Positions 54,301-63,439 of a DNA stretch of 64,000 bases are shown here, piece by piece (the first letter of the stretch is position 1; the number at the start of each line of letters is the position of its first letter). Made by a program: the position numbers and the translations under genes. The stretch spans positions 77,537,830 through 77,601,829 of the forward strand of contig NC_052164.1 in assembly GCF_902713615.1 (NCBI RefSeq). The letters are read 5' to 3'. The DNA is from Scyliorhinus canicula (Eukaryota). The notes beneath the pieces were generated by a model, which saw nothing but the letters and a program-made list of their open reading frames with translations, made no database searches and was not told the DNA's origin.

Positions 54301-57300
54301 GACTCATCATTGTTTGACATCCAACCCACTACGATCCTGTCGTCAGCAAACTTGTAGATGGGGTTGGAGCCACATTTTACCGAACAGTAGTGTGTGTATA
54401 AGGAATATAACAGGAGGCTAAGTGCTCACCCTTGCGGGGCCCGGTATTGAGGACTATCGTGGAGAATGAATCGTTGTTTAACCTTACTGAACCAGCAACC
54501 TTAACCTCCAGCAACTTCCACATTTTGTTTACTTTCCTCAGTCCACATCCAAGCCTAATTAATTAAGCACATTGAGCATCAAGAGTAAATAGTCAAGAGT
54601 AAAGAGTAAATAGGGGCTGGTTTAGCTCACCAGGCTAAATCACTGGCTTTGAAAGCAGACCAAGCAGGCCAGCAGCACGGTTCGATTCCCGTACCAGCCT
54701 CCCCGGACAGGCGGCGGAATGTGGCGACTAGGGGCTTTTCACAGTAACTTCATTGAAGCCTACTCGTGACAATAATCGATTTTCATTTCAAATAGACTCA
54801 CAGAATTAAACACAAAATTGAACATGACAGAAAGTATGGTACCACCAGCTGCTCTAATGTATCTAAGTAACTGTTTGCATGTCCCCATTGACCAAGACTA
54901 GCAAGCTGGCTTGCCTGTCTATTCCCTTTCCTATCAGAGCATCTGCATCAAGCATGAGGAGTAACAAAGTGAAGATAATTTGATTGAAATAGCGTTGGAA
55001 GCTTAATCTTCTGCAATGATATTTTCTAATTCTGCTCCTTGGATTCTGTTGTATGGAGCTTTGACCTTTAAGGATAATAGGAATTCAAATCAGGTGATTT
55101 GAGCCAAATGAATTCATTTTTTAATTTTAAAAAATTCATTTACGGGATGTGGGCGTCGCTGGTTAGGCCTGCATTTATTGCCCATCCCTAGTTGCCCTTC
55201 AGAAGGTGGTGGTGAGCTGTCTTCTTCAACTGCTACAGTTCTTGATGTGTAGGTATACGCAGTGTGCTGTTAGGGAGGGAGCTCTAGGATGTTGCCCCAG
55301 CGACAGTGAAGGAACGACGATATATTTCCAAGTCCGGCTAGTGAGTAACTTGCAGGGGAACCTCCAAGTGATGGGGTTCCCAGGTATCTGCTGCTCTTGT
55401 CCTTCCAGATGGTAGCGGCCGTGGGTTTGGAAGGTGTTGTCTAAGGAACCTTTGTGAGTTACTGCAGTGCATCTTGTAGATGGTGCATATAGCTGCCACT
55501 GTTTGTCGGTGGTGGAAGTTTTGAATGTTTGTGGAAGGAGGAGCAATCAAGTGGGTTACTTAATCCTGGATGGTGTCAAGCGTCTTGAGTGTTACTGGAG
55601 CTACACTCATCCAGACAGTGGAGAGTAATCCATTACACTCCTGACTTGTGCCTTTAAGGGGGGTGGGTCAGTCAGGAGATAAGTTACTCACAGAACAATT
55701 CCTAGCCTTTGACCTGCCCTGGTAGCCACAGTATTCATGTGGCTAGTCCAGTTCATTTTCTGATCAATGGTAACCATCAGTGTTGATTGCGGGGAATTTA
55801 GTGATGGTAATGCCATTGAATGTCAAGGGACGATGGCTCGATCCTCTCTTGTAGGAGATGGACATTGCCTGCCACTTCTGTGGCACAAATGTAATTTGCC
55901 ACTTGTCAGCCCAAGCCTGGATATTGTCCAGAGCTTGCTGCATTTGGAAATGGACTGCATTATTATCTGAGGAATCCTGAATGGTGCTGAACATTGTGCT
56001 GTCATCCACAAACATCCCCACTCTGACCTTATGATGGAAGGCAGGTCATTGATGAAGCAGCTGAAGATGGTTGGGCCAAGGATACTACCCTGAGGAAATC
56101 CTGCAGTGATGTCCTGGAGCTGAGATGATTGACTTCCAACCATCACAACCATCTTCCTTTGTGCCTGGCATGACTCCAACCAGTGGAGAGTTTTCCCTTT
56201 GATTCCCATTGACTCCATTGACTTTAGCTGTGATGCCATACTCAGTCAAATGCTGTGTTGATGTCAAGGGCAATCGCTCTTGCCTCACCTCAGGTATTCA
56301 ACTCTTTTGTCCATTTTGAACCAAGGCTGTAATGAGGTCAAGAGGTGAGTGACTCTGGGCGGAATCCAAACTGAGCATCCGTGAACAGGTTATTGCTGAG
56401 TCAGTGCCACTTGATGGCACTGTTGATGACTCCTTTCATAACGTTCCTGTTGATGGAGAGTGGACTGATAGGACGGTACTTAGCTGGGTTGGATTTGTCC
56501 TGTTTCTTGTGCACCAGACATATCTGGGCAATTTTCCACATTGCCGGGTGTTGTTGCTGTACTGGAACAGCTTGGCTAGGGGTGAGGCAAGTTCTGGATG
56601 CTGGGGACCTCTGGAGGAGACTGAGATGGATCATCCACTTTTGTTACTGATCTGTAACCGACAGCCATGCTCTTTACGCCTGGAGCAGGTTGGTGGATTG
56701 CCTGTCTTCCAGTCCACCAGAAGGGCTCGCAGGACTGGAAATCACCACCCAAAGTCAATAGACAGTTGACCACTCTCCAAATTTTCCAGTCCTGCCTGTG
56801 ACAATTTGCGATGTTGGTGGGACTGGCAAACCCCAATCTAAAAGTTTCAGATATGTCCCGAGTTATAAATTTCATGGCCTAATCAATAAATAGTTCCCTT
56901 TTTTTTGCTGCATCATTGTGGAATGGAATTGTACTTTCTACTCGTGACAGAATAAAATATTTGACGCTTATACTAGTTAAATGTCAATATCCCATGACAA
57001 GCATGAAAAGAACATTAAATTGTGCATCATAATGGCTGGTTTTCTTTCGATCTCACATACTTGATTTGTATTCCAAGAAGTCATTGCCAGAAACATTGCA
57101 GCCGCCTGCCTTTTTGATTTCTTGTCATTAAACCAATGAAAGTTGGCAATTGATGCTTTGTATGGAAAATCAGGAAGTTAAACCCACAAGCCTTTTGGCA
57201 AACCGCACCGACACTAAGACACAGCAGTTTTAAATGCGTCACTGATACTGGAGCGAGAACTATATTCATTTACCTCTATCATTTGTGGTTAAAGCGTGAT

Positions 57301-60300
57301 TGTACACTGACAGCAAAGCAGTTGTACTAAGTCATGCAACCTGACACAATAAAGGGTTCTGTCCCTTGGGTACTGTTCATCTGGTTTCGATTTGTTCGTC
57401 TGTGGTCACTGCTTGCTCGAGCCTTTGTTGGAGACGTGAAAGGAAAGTCCCAAGTTTGATGATTTAGTGGTTCTCAGCTGGCCCTCACTGGGGAAACCAC
57501 AACCTGCATCATCTTTACTGTAGTAGAGGAAATGAATCACGCAGGCTGTATATTATCCAGTGACCATTGCTAGAAATATGTGCTTTGCTTTACGGTCCGA
57601 GACAATTACTCTCAACTCCCATGTCCAGAATCAGCATGAAACATTGCCGACATTATAGGACTCTAAGAATCGGGGGAAGGTTAAGAATGGTCACTTCAGT
57701 GAATTCCTATATCTGGAAACACACCTCCCAATAAAATATTTTTCCTTCCTTTTTGAGAGGATCTCAATGAGACACTCTCCCGCTGCATCCATCCCAGCCA
57801 TAGCTCATTGAAATGAAAGACAAAATGCTGGAAAATTTCAGCAGGTCTGGCAGCATCTATAGGGAGAGAAAAGAGCTAACGTTTTGAGTCCAGATGACCC
57901 TTTGTCAAAGCTTATCGGGTCATCTGGACTCGATGTGTTAGCTCTTTTCTCTCCCAACAGATGCTATCAGACCTGCTGAGATTTTCCAGCATTTTCTCTT
58001 TGGTTTCAGATTCCAGCATCTGCAGTAATTTGCTTTTATCCATATCTCATTTAAATATGTATAGCAGGATTCCAGCAGATTTGCGGCATCAGTAGAGAAG
58101 CCGTTGCGATTGCAAAGGAAGAAATTCCAACTGCAACATCCAAATGATCCAATCAGGGATTTCAGATGGGCAGGAGATCTGAAACAAAGACCCACTCGAC
58201 CAAATCCTTCAACAGATCAGCCACTGAGGACAGTATGGAATAAGAGATCATTTTAAGCCCGTTCCCCTTCATGGAAGTACGCAGATGTAATTATCATTGC
58301 CTTCCAGGACTCACTGCTATCTTCTCCTCTGTTGGCCCTGAGAGGCAGCAATTGTACTGGAGGAAAGACTGAAGCTATCAAAACCCTCTCCCTTGTTGGT
58401 GGAGGAGAGGGCAGGAGTAGGCAGTTGTAGTGCTGCTTGGGGCAGTGGGATGACAATGGGTCTCAGCATCCTATTTCCCACCATTTACATTGTGATCTCA
58501 CCTATTTTGTGCAGGAGCACAGAGCAAACTTCCCTCATATCTTTTTGTCTTCTTTCAAATTGTTTTATCATTAAAGACAATCAGAGATACAGCACAGCAT
58601 ACATGTGGATGACAGCTCACATGAAAACATTGCAAATTTTTTGTTTTGCTTCAATCAAATTTGGGTAGTTTCCATTTGGTGAGATTGTGGCAATTGCTGC
58701 CTATTCTGAGCCTTTGGAATATTGACTACTCCAACACAATATTCATTTCCAATACGCTAGCCTTCCACATTTTACCTTCTGTAAACATGAGGTCATCTAA
58801 AACTCTGCTGGCTATGTACACCAAATCCAATTTACCAGTGCTCGTTGACATACACTGGTTCCCAGTAAAGCAGCACTTCCATTTTAAAATTCTCATCTTT
58901 GTTTTCTGGTTCCTCCAAGATCTTGCTCTTTTCCTTCTCCTGCAGCTCACAGATATCAGAGATCATCTAATTCTAGCCACTTGAACAATCTGATTTTAGG
59001 CACTCCACCATTGGCTCGACCATTTGTAGCCTTCAGCAGCCGAGGCATTTAGTTCTGGAAATTCCTTCCTAAGTCTCCGCACCTCTCTTTCCTTCTTGAA
59101 GATGTCTTTACCTCTTTGACTAAACATTTGGCCATTTTCCCTAATAACAGTTTTGGGATTTATTCACTTTTAATGTTCCCATATTCTGTTTCAATTGGCA
59201 GATATAATATATGCATCAGTCAGGAGAGATAATCTACCAACCAGTCCAAAACATTCGATAGGTAAGTTAAATTACATTGACTTCAAATTCTTCCCTATCT
59301 CAATGCTGCGAAGAATGTTTCCTGCAGTTTGTTTTATGCAGTTTCTTTATCTCCAAAAGCAGATTATATTATTGAATACAACAATATAGAAGAGGAAAAT
59401 GAAGAAGTGTCGTATGCAGATATTGTCATTCATAATCCGAAGCGACAAGGCCACAATCAATGGCCCAAGGTATTCATATTATTTTGGTACAATCTTCCTT
59501 GTAATTTATATTTCATATACCTGTAGTGTATAGTTCAGCACGGGGCCAGTTATGAGTCAATGCCCCCTGAGGAGATTTGTACCCAGAAAAGCACTGGATT
59601 TATTTGGTGAATAGACGTCCTTTCTCTTTGTATTTGGTGAGTAGAAGTCCTTTCTCTTCGAAGACTGGTTTTAGAGGGGGAAATGAATTCATTGACCAGC
59701 AGTACCTCTTTATAAGTGGATCTGAAGTGAGGCAAAGTAATGTAATCAGAGAGAGATTCTGATAATACAGGAAATTGTTTTCATGTAGAATTAGGGAGAA
59801 TCATAGAATCCCTACAGTGCAGAAGAAGGCCATTTGGCCCATCGAGTCTGCTCTGACCCTCTGAAAGAGCACCCAACCTTGGCCCACTCCCCCACCTATC
59901 CCCGAATCCCACCCTGCCAGCACGTCTTTGAGCACTTAAGGGGCAATTTAGCAGGACACTAAGGGGCAATTTAGCAGGACCAAGCCACCTGACCTGCACA
60001 TCTTTGGACTGTTGGAGGGAAACTGAGCACCCAGAGGAAACCTATGCAGACACTGGGGAAAATGTGTGGACTCCACACAGTCACCCGAGGCTGGAATTGA
60101 ACCCGGGTCCTGGTGCTGCCACAGAGAATCATCCATGACATGACCTATGAGTAGACAGTGAATGTCTCTGAAACTATCTGTTACCTCAATTTCATGGAGA
60201 GGCTGGGTGCTGCTGTCTTCAATTTCTTCCAGCATGAATAGGGTGCTGATCTTCCGGAATTTTTCATCCATACATGAGCTTTGTATCCATTTGCTGCCTC

Positions 60301-63300
60301 TTCACAGCTGCTGATCTGAAACTGGAAACCAAATACCGGGCCAGGGAGGAATTGAACCCAAGACAAATCTACCAGTTTTTAAATCTGGTGCTCAGTGCAA
60401 GAATATGACATAAAGAATAACCCTTTTGTCTGGCATTCTGCTATTGTGAGATCTTAGTCTTTTGGTTCTCATTCTAGGTATAGATTTCCCTTCTCCAATA
60501 CCTCATTGGTGCATATGGTCATATGATACTGACATATCTATCTAATCCAATTTGTGTTAATATAGTCTATCATATAAGTACGGATCACAAATATGTCATT
60601 CTTAATCAGGCTCTTTGGTAGAGAGGAAATCATTCTGCAATCTTTTCAAAACAGTTTTTCCGACACATTGGAAATTTGGTGACATCTATCATTATTTTTA
60701 CCTTCAACACTTTCAAATTTGGTCCTTGCTTTCAATGGAATTGAATGTTAGTGTCTCCAGAACCAAGTGTCAATCTTTCAAAAACCTTTTGTTCTGACAT
60801 CGATGGAACTCGCCATAGTTTCTCACCTCTCATCTAGCTCAACATTTAAATTCTAGTTATAGGTCGTTAACCAGTGGCTATTCCAAATCCCCAATCTCTG
60901 CTATTTCTTTTTGGTTGGGTTGATTTATTAGAGGAACAAAACTCATTTAGCTTCAGACAAGATAGAAAATAGAATCCTTTTCAATGTGCTATATATTCTA
61001 ACATGTCGTTTTCTACTGCTAACCCTTTCTGAGACCCAAGGCGAAAGTTTTCAATTCCAAGGACCATTGACAAGGCTATGCACGCAATGAGTGACTTATC
61101 AGAAAAATCAGAGAAAAGAGTGGATGAAATTTCTGTTACAATCCTGTTTCACGCGACTTTATACATTTGTTGTCTTGCAATCTTGGTTAAAGACTATTTA
61201 ATTCTAAATAGTTGGTATTGCTGAAAAACGGATTGATGCTGAAGTTTCTGGTCTCGCACTCATCTGGACAAACACAAGAATGCCAAATTTCAACGCGAGT
61301 GACAATTTATATTGCATGAGAAAAGGGAAGCTGATTGATTGGCAAGTTGGCTCTGATTGGAAACATCAGAGCTGGATTGCCTACCAATCAACAGCTCTTT
61401 TCTCGAGCAGAATGAATTGTTTTTCCTTCAGAAATTTGGTATTCTTGCATCTGGGTGGGAGACAAAGGGTGAAATTCTCCCAACGGGAGACAAAGTGCCG
61501 ACGCCGGAGTGAAAACCAAAGTGTTTCACTCCGGCGTCGGAGGCCGCTCCTCGCCCCCTATTCTCCCACCCCCAGGGGGCTAGGAGCAGCGGCGCGTCAA
61601 TTTCACGTGCCGGGCCTTGGCAACGCATCAAAGCGGCACCGCGTGAATGACGCAGCTGTGGGCGCTTAAATGACGTCACCCGCACATGCGCAGGTTGGTC
61701 GACGCCAACCCGCGCATGCGCAGTTGCCGTCCTCCCCGCGGGTGCCCTGCAAGAAATGGAGGATTGATCTTGCGGGGCGGCGGAGGAAAAAGAGTGCGTC
61801 CTTTAGAGACGCCGGCCCACCGATCGGTGGGCACCGATCACGGGCCAGACCCCTACTGAGCACCCCCTGGTGCTCGGTCCTCCCTTCCCACCCCCCTCAG
61901 GCCGCACTTGCAGCGTTTGCGTGCCGTTCAGGCCGGCAGCGACCAGGTGTGGTTGGCGCCGGTGTGAACCCGTCGGATTAGGCAGGCCGCTCGGCCCATT
62001 CGGGCCGGAGAATCGCCGCTTGCCTGTTAGAAACGGCAAGCGGCGATTCTCCGAGCGGCCTGTCATGAAACGCGGCACGCCGTTTTGGGGGGGGGTGGGA
62101 GAATCGCATGCGGGTGCCAGGGCAGCATGGCAGGAATTGTCCGGTACGCCCGCGATTCTCCCACCTGGCGTGGGAGCTTGAGAATCGTGCCCAAAATGCT
62201 TCAACAGCATTTCTCTTCTTTCAGCAGTACTCAAAATAGTGAATGACTGCACTTATTATCTTTTGTTGAAAATAAACTTGCTCAAAATCTTTAACCTTCT
62301 TTTAAATATGGAAAGGACAACAAGTTTTGTACGTTTCCAGGGCTGATTAGGTACCTAGAGAGTGGGAGCAGGCGATAGATTTTTTATACCCTTTCTGTCT
62401 TTGAGAACTCTGTGGACCTCATCCAGGATGTACATTTGATTGTTGTTGTAAGTAAACCCACACCACACACTTGGGAATAGGAATGCAATGTGGTCCCCAT
62501 CTTTATGAAGCTAAAGGCAAAATATCCAGCAGATGCTGGAAGTATTCAGTTTATTGGGCACCTTCTGTGGAGAGGAAAACATGATTTGGGCAGCATGGTA
62601 GAACATGGGCAGCACGGTAACACAAGTGGCTAGCACTGTGGCTTCACAGCGCCAGGGTCCCAGGTTCGATTCCCCGCTGGATCACTGTCTGTGCGGAGTC
62701 TGCACGTTCTCCCGTGTCTGTGTGGGTTTCCTCCGGGTGCTCCGGTTTCCTCCCACAGTCCAAAGACGTGGAGGTTAGGTGGATTGGCCATGCTAACTTG
62801 TCTTAGTGTCCAAAGGGGCTGGTTTAGCTCACTGGGCTAAATCGCTGGCTTTTAAAGCAGACCAAGCAGGCCAGTAGCACGGTTTGATTCTCGTACCAGC
62901 CTCCCCGGACAGGCGCCAGAATGTGGCGACTAGGGGCTTTTCACAGTAACTTCATTGAAGCCTACTCGTGACAATAAGCAATTTTCATTTTTCATTTTTC
63001 AAAAAGGTTTGGAGGGGTTATTTGGTTATGGGGATCGGGTGGAAGTGAGAGCTTAAGTGGGTCAGTGCAGACTCGATAGGCCAAATGGCCTCCTTATGCA
63101 CTGTATGTTCTATGTTCATTAATATTTCAGATCTTTGTTCTGAAAAAGGTTCGCCCAAACCTGAAGAAATAACTCATCGCCTTCCTCTCCCTACAGATCC
63201 CACGTAATATGCAGAGTTTCCAACACTTTATAGTTTATTCCACATTTATCAGATGTTTTGCACAAAGTAAGTTTTTTTTTTGTTTTCTTTTTTTTTCACA

Positions 63301-63439
63301 GCACACCCCTGATATAAAAGAGAAAAATACTGGGAAAGACTTCAAACACACACATGGTTCATCTCCTCACAAACATGTTGATGATACCTCTGAATATTCT
63401 GCAATCCGGATTTCACATCAGGATTTAAGAACTGCTTGA
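9340..63439 (+). CDS. Ig-superfamily inhibitory-type receptor (SP-VJ-C-C2/I-TM-4 Tyr motifs), 498 aa; join(9340..9388,9901..10245,15179..15481,18401..18721,19753..19854,41821..41848,48571..48614,59202..59261,59363..59469,63302..63439)
   Basis: Manual exon assembly. All introns are GT..AG with polypyrimidine tracts, phases 1,1,1,1,1,2,1,1,0 match, and the total of 1497 nt is an open frame ending in TGA at 63439. Ectodomain and TM exons are very secure; the two microexons are less so. Confidence 0.85.
9901..10245 (+). CDS. Exon: V-set Ig domain with J-like GQGT motif
   Basis: Acceptor tttccatcag|; VTINC..WYRNTPG..SLKIENV..YIC..GQGTRIQIY; donor TATG|GTAAAG; overlaps ORF 9921..10316. Confidence 0.95.
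10735..11410 (+). mobile_element. Two HE1-type SINE copies (10735-11000, 11220-11410)
   Basis: Family motifs as above. Confidence 0.7.
11417..12056. mobile_element. GC-rich MITE (Harbinger-like)
   Basis: TIRs gggcacgattctcc / ggagaatcccgc with an internal quasi-palindrome. Confidence 0.75.
12905..13862. mobile_element. HE1-type SINEs (12905-13250 +, 13575-13862 -)
   Basis: Family motifs. Confidence 0.8.
15179..15481 (+). CDS. Exon: second Ig domain (C1-like / Siglec-domain-2-like)
   Basis: Acceptor tctctcag|; EPPKIS..LTCSV..LYSENISFTW..SQLEIIP..DHGIICTCQINH; donor ATGT|GTGAGT; overlaps ORF 15211..15507. Confidence 0.95.
17140..17250 (+). repeat. Penelope-type short repeat with minimal hammerhead-like core
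   Basis: tttgacaaaaatcatccagactcgaaacgtt..cacagatgctgtcagacctgctgag; related copies at 57819-58040 and, degenerate, ~12520-12600, ~62515-62580, ~63130-63270. Confidence 0.65.
17290..18270 (+). mobile_element. Degenerate L2 LINE 3' region
   Basis: Relic of AETLIH..VTSRLDYSNA..NSAARIL..SPITP.L..LHWLPV..FKIL. Confidence 0.65.
18401..18721 (+). CDS. Exon: third Ig domain (C2/I-set)
   Basis: Acceptor ctatttttag|; YAPQNLSI..LELKCGVDSNP..VNWVK..DGGTYWCMANNSYG; donor AAAG|GTAAAT; overlaps ORF 18424..18852. Confidence 0.95.
18887..19387 (-). mobile_element. Probable solo LTR (~500 bp) with an internal 30-bp tandem duplication (18921-18980)
   Basis: TG...CA termini (tgttatg / caccaca), AATAAA on the minus strand; no clean TSD seen. 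Confidence 0.55.
19753..19854 (+). CDS. Exon: transmembrane segment DYLLLFVLVPIIAVVGFISVITICFSLIWKRQLK
   Basis: Acceptor tctttcacag|; long hydrophobic run with no charged residue, then a KR stop-transfer; donor AAAG|GTAAAA; 102 nt, phase 1-1. Confidence 0.92.
20378..20812 (+). mobile_element. CR1 LINE 3' fragment
   Basis: RGDLIETYRILRG..TRT.GHSL..FFSQRVVNLWN motif and CR1 tail. Confidence 0.85.
20894..21103 (+). repeat. G/T-only low-complexity tract (GGGGT/GGTT-like)
   Basis: About 210 bp made solely of G runs separated by T/TT. Confidence 0.95.
22560..23810. mobile_element. Dense SINE cluster (several HE1-type and other tRNA-SINEs back to back)
   Basis: Copies at ~22560-22690, 22690-22930, 22935-23281, 23300-23649, 23657-23808. 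Confidence 0.8.
26036..28238. mobile_element. Array of GC-rich MITEs (26036-26612, 26627-27426, ~27430-27535, 27628-28238)
   Basis: TIR pairs gg(c/g)..gattctcc / ggagaatc..ccc; source of the many GC-rich ORFs listed here. Confidence 0.75.
28290..28880 (+). mobile_element. LINE RT relic, same family as 55135-56640
   Basis: DIAAG..Q..LDNIQT..MTFRPQK.QAMT motifs shared with the 55-56 kb element. Confidence 0.6.
31175..31528 (-). mobile_element. HE1-type SINE
   Basis: Near-identical to 22935-23281. Confidence 0.85.
31815..32245 (-). mobile_element. Old Deu-domain-type SINE (SacSINE1/AmnSINE1-like)
   Basis: Resembles from memory the reverse complement of the DeuSINE body (aaagatttgcattta..gaagtgcagtc..atccacctgagag..gcactgcactg..gtcagccta); fragments also at ~41370-41940. 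Confidence 0.5.
33730..34090 (-). mobile_element. LINE 3'-end fragment
   Basis: gggatgtgagtgttgctg..taattgc matches the 55135 terminus family. Confidence 0.55.
34905..35125 (+). mobile_element. Short-tail HE1-type SINE; similar copies at 44097-44320 and 1565-1700
   Basis: gggcagcacggtggcc..ttgccccttaattggaaaaa. Confidence 0.8.
35865..36590 (-). mobile_element. HE1-type SINE interrupted by a hAT MITE
   Basis: SINE head resumes after the TSD at 36558. Confidence 0.7.
36108..36550. mobile_element. hAT-type MITE (443 bp) with G-rich core
   Basis: Exact 8-bp TSD GTGCTAAC (36100-36107 and 36551-36558); imperfect TIRs cagcgccggccc / gagccggccctg. Confidence 0.8.
37750..38400 (+). mobile_element. 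Old CR1 ORF2 relic
   Basis: Degenerate ..RDLAQVDW.. and ..NPK.F..Y..K..VK..V.PI.. motifs. Confidence 0.5.
41410..41650 (+). mobile_element. HE1-type SINE (3' part)
   Basis: Family motifs. Confidence 0.7.
41821..41848 (+). CDS. Cytoplasmic microexon (28 nt) DPVHGAVKI
   Basis: Very strong acceptor (ttttttattttttttccag|) and donor (AG|GTAAGA); phase 1-2 links exactly to the 48571 microexon. Confidence 0.7.
44775..45085 (+). mobile_element. HE1-type SINE
   Basis: Family motifs. Confidence 0.75.
45950..47330 (+). mobile_element. Possible very old Tx1/L1 relic interrupted by a MITE (~46272-46918)
   Basis: Weak similarity (GGINV.., LVRFY..VPH) to the 50.9-53 kb element. Confidence 0.35.
48571..48614 (+). 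CDS. Cytoplasmic microexon (44 nt) SPETMDRCGNFNSES
   Basis: Acceptor tttactacag|, donor TG|GTAGGT; phase 2-1 restores the frame into the ITIM exons. Confidence 0.7.
49710..50225. mobile_element. GC-rich MITE
   Basis: TIRs gggcgggattctcc / ggagaatcccactcc. Confidence 0.8.
50870..52960 (-). mobile_element. Tx1/L1-clade LINE relic (RT C-terminus and zf-RVT), with a SINE fragment at 52405-52585
   Basis: KHHDLAWLV..C..C.GEETV.NLL.EC.FAKKIW; KDNLWSARN; GGKSVPN. Confidence 0.8.
53010..54490 (-). mobile_element. Rex1/Babar-type LINE relic split by a MITE
   Basis: NFYR.TIENILSGC.TVWYGNCS.QDR.KLQRVVNTAQSIT. Confidence 0.75.
53378..54028. mobile_element. GC-rich MITE nested in the Rex1 relic
   Basis: TIRs gggctggattct / aaaatccagccc; same family as 27628-28238. 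Confidence 0.8.
55135..56640 (-). mobile_element. CR1/L2-group LINE RT and 3' end (pseudogenised)
   Basis: KSNPAKYRPIS, AGFPQGSILGPTIFSCFINDL, MFVDDSTMF, WADKWQITF. Confidence 0.85.
57819..58040. repeat. Fold-back pair of Penelope-type repeats (arms ~57819-57900 and 57917-57998)
   Basis: About 80-bp imperfect inverted arms with a 16-nt spacer; the minus-strand copy holds a minimal hammerhead fold. Confidence 0.85.
58775..59140 (+). mobile_element. L2 LINE 3' relic
   Basis: ..PVLVDIHWFPVKQH..FKILIFVF.. and an L2-type tail. Confidence 0.6.
59202..59261 (+). CDS. Cytoplasmic exon with ITIM IIYASV
   Basis: Acceptor ttggcag|, DIIYASVRRDNLPTSPKHSI, donor AG|GTAAGT, 60 nt, phase 1-1. Confidence 0.88.
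59363..59469 (+). CDS. Cytoplasmic exon with IEYNNI and VSYADI motifs
   Basis: Acceptor aaaagcag|, DYIIEYNNIEEENEEVSYADIVIHNPKRQGHNQWPK, donor AAG|GTATTC, phase 1-0. Confidence 0.88.
59805..60120 (-). mobile_element. HE1-type SINE
   Basis: Family motifs. Confidence 0.75.
61467..62192. mobile_element. GC-rich MITE
   Basis: TIRs gggtgaaattctcc / gagaatcgtgccc. Confidence 0.75.
62587..63120 (+). mobile_element. HE1-type SINE with a nested tRNA-SINE (62815-62998)
   Basis: HE1 body interrupted at gtgtccaaa and resumed after the (catttt) tail. Confidence 0.8.
63302..63439 (+). CDS. Terminal coding exon with SEYSAI motif
   Basis: Strong acceptor (ttttttttcacag|), phase 0, HTPDIK...DDTSEYSAIRISHQDLRTA*; no AATAAA seen downstream inside the window. 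Confidence 0.85.
   Translation, partial: HTPDIKEKNTGKDFKHTHGSSPHKHVDDTSEYSAIRISHQDLRTA

Noticed and set aside
60185-60315. Minus-strand exon-like segment (tttcag|ISSCEEAANG..MKL|gtaaca); similar ones near 43173-43290, 30873-30915, 24880-24950
   Set aside because: Cannot be chained into a coherent antisense ORF; such hits are expected by chance in 64 kb
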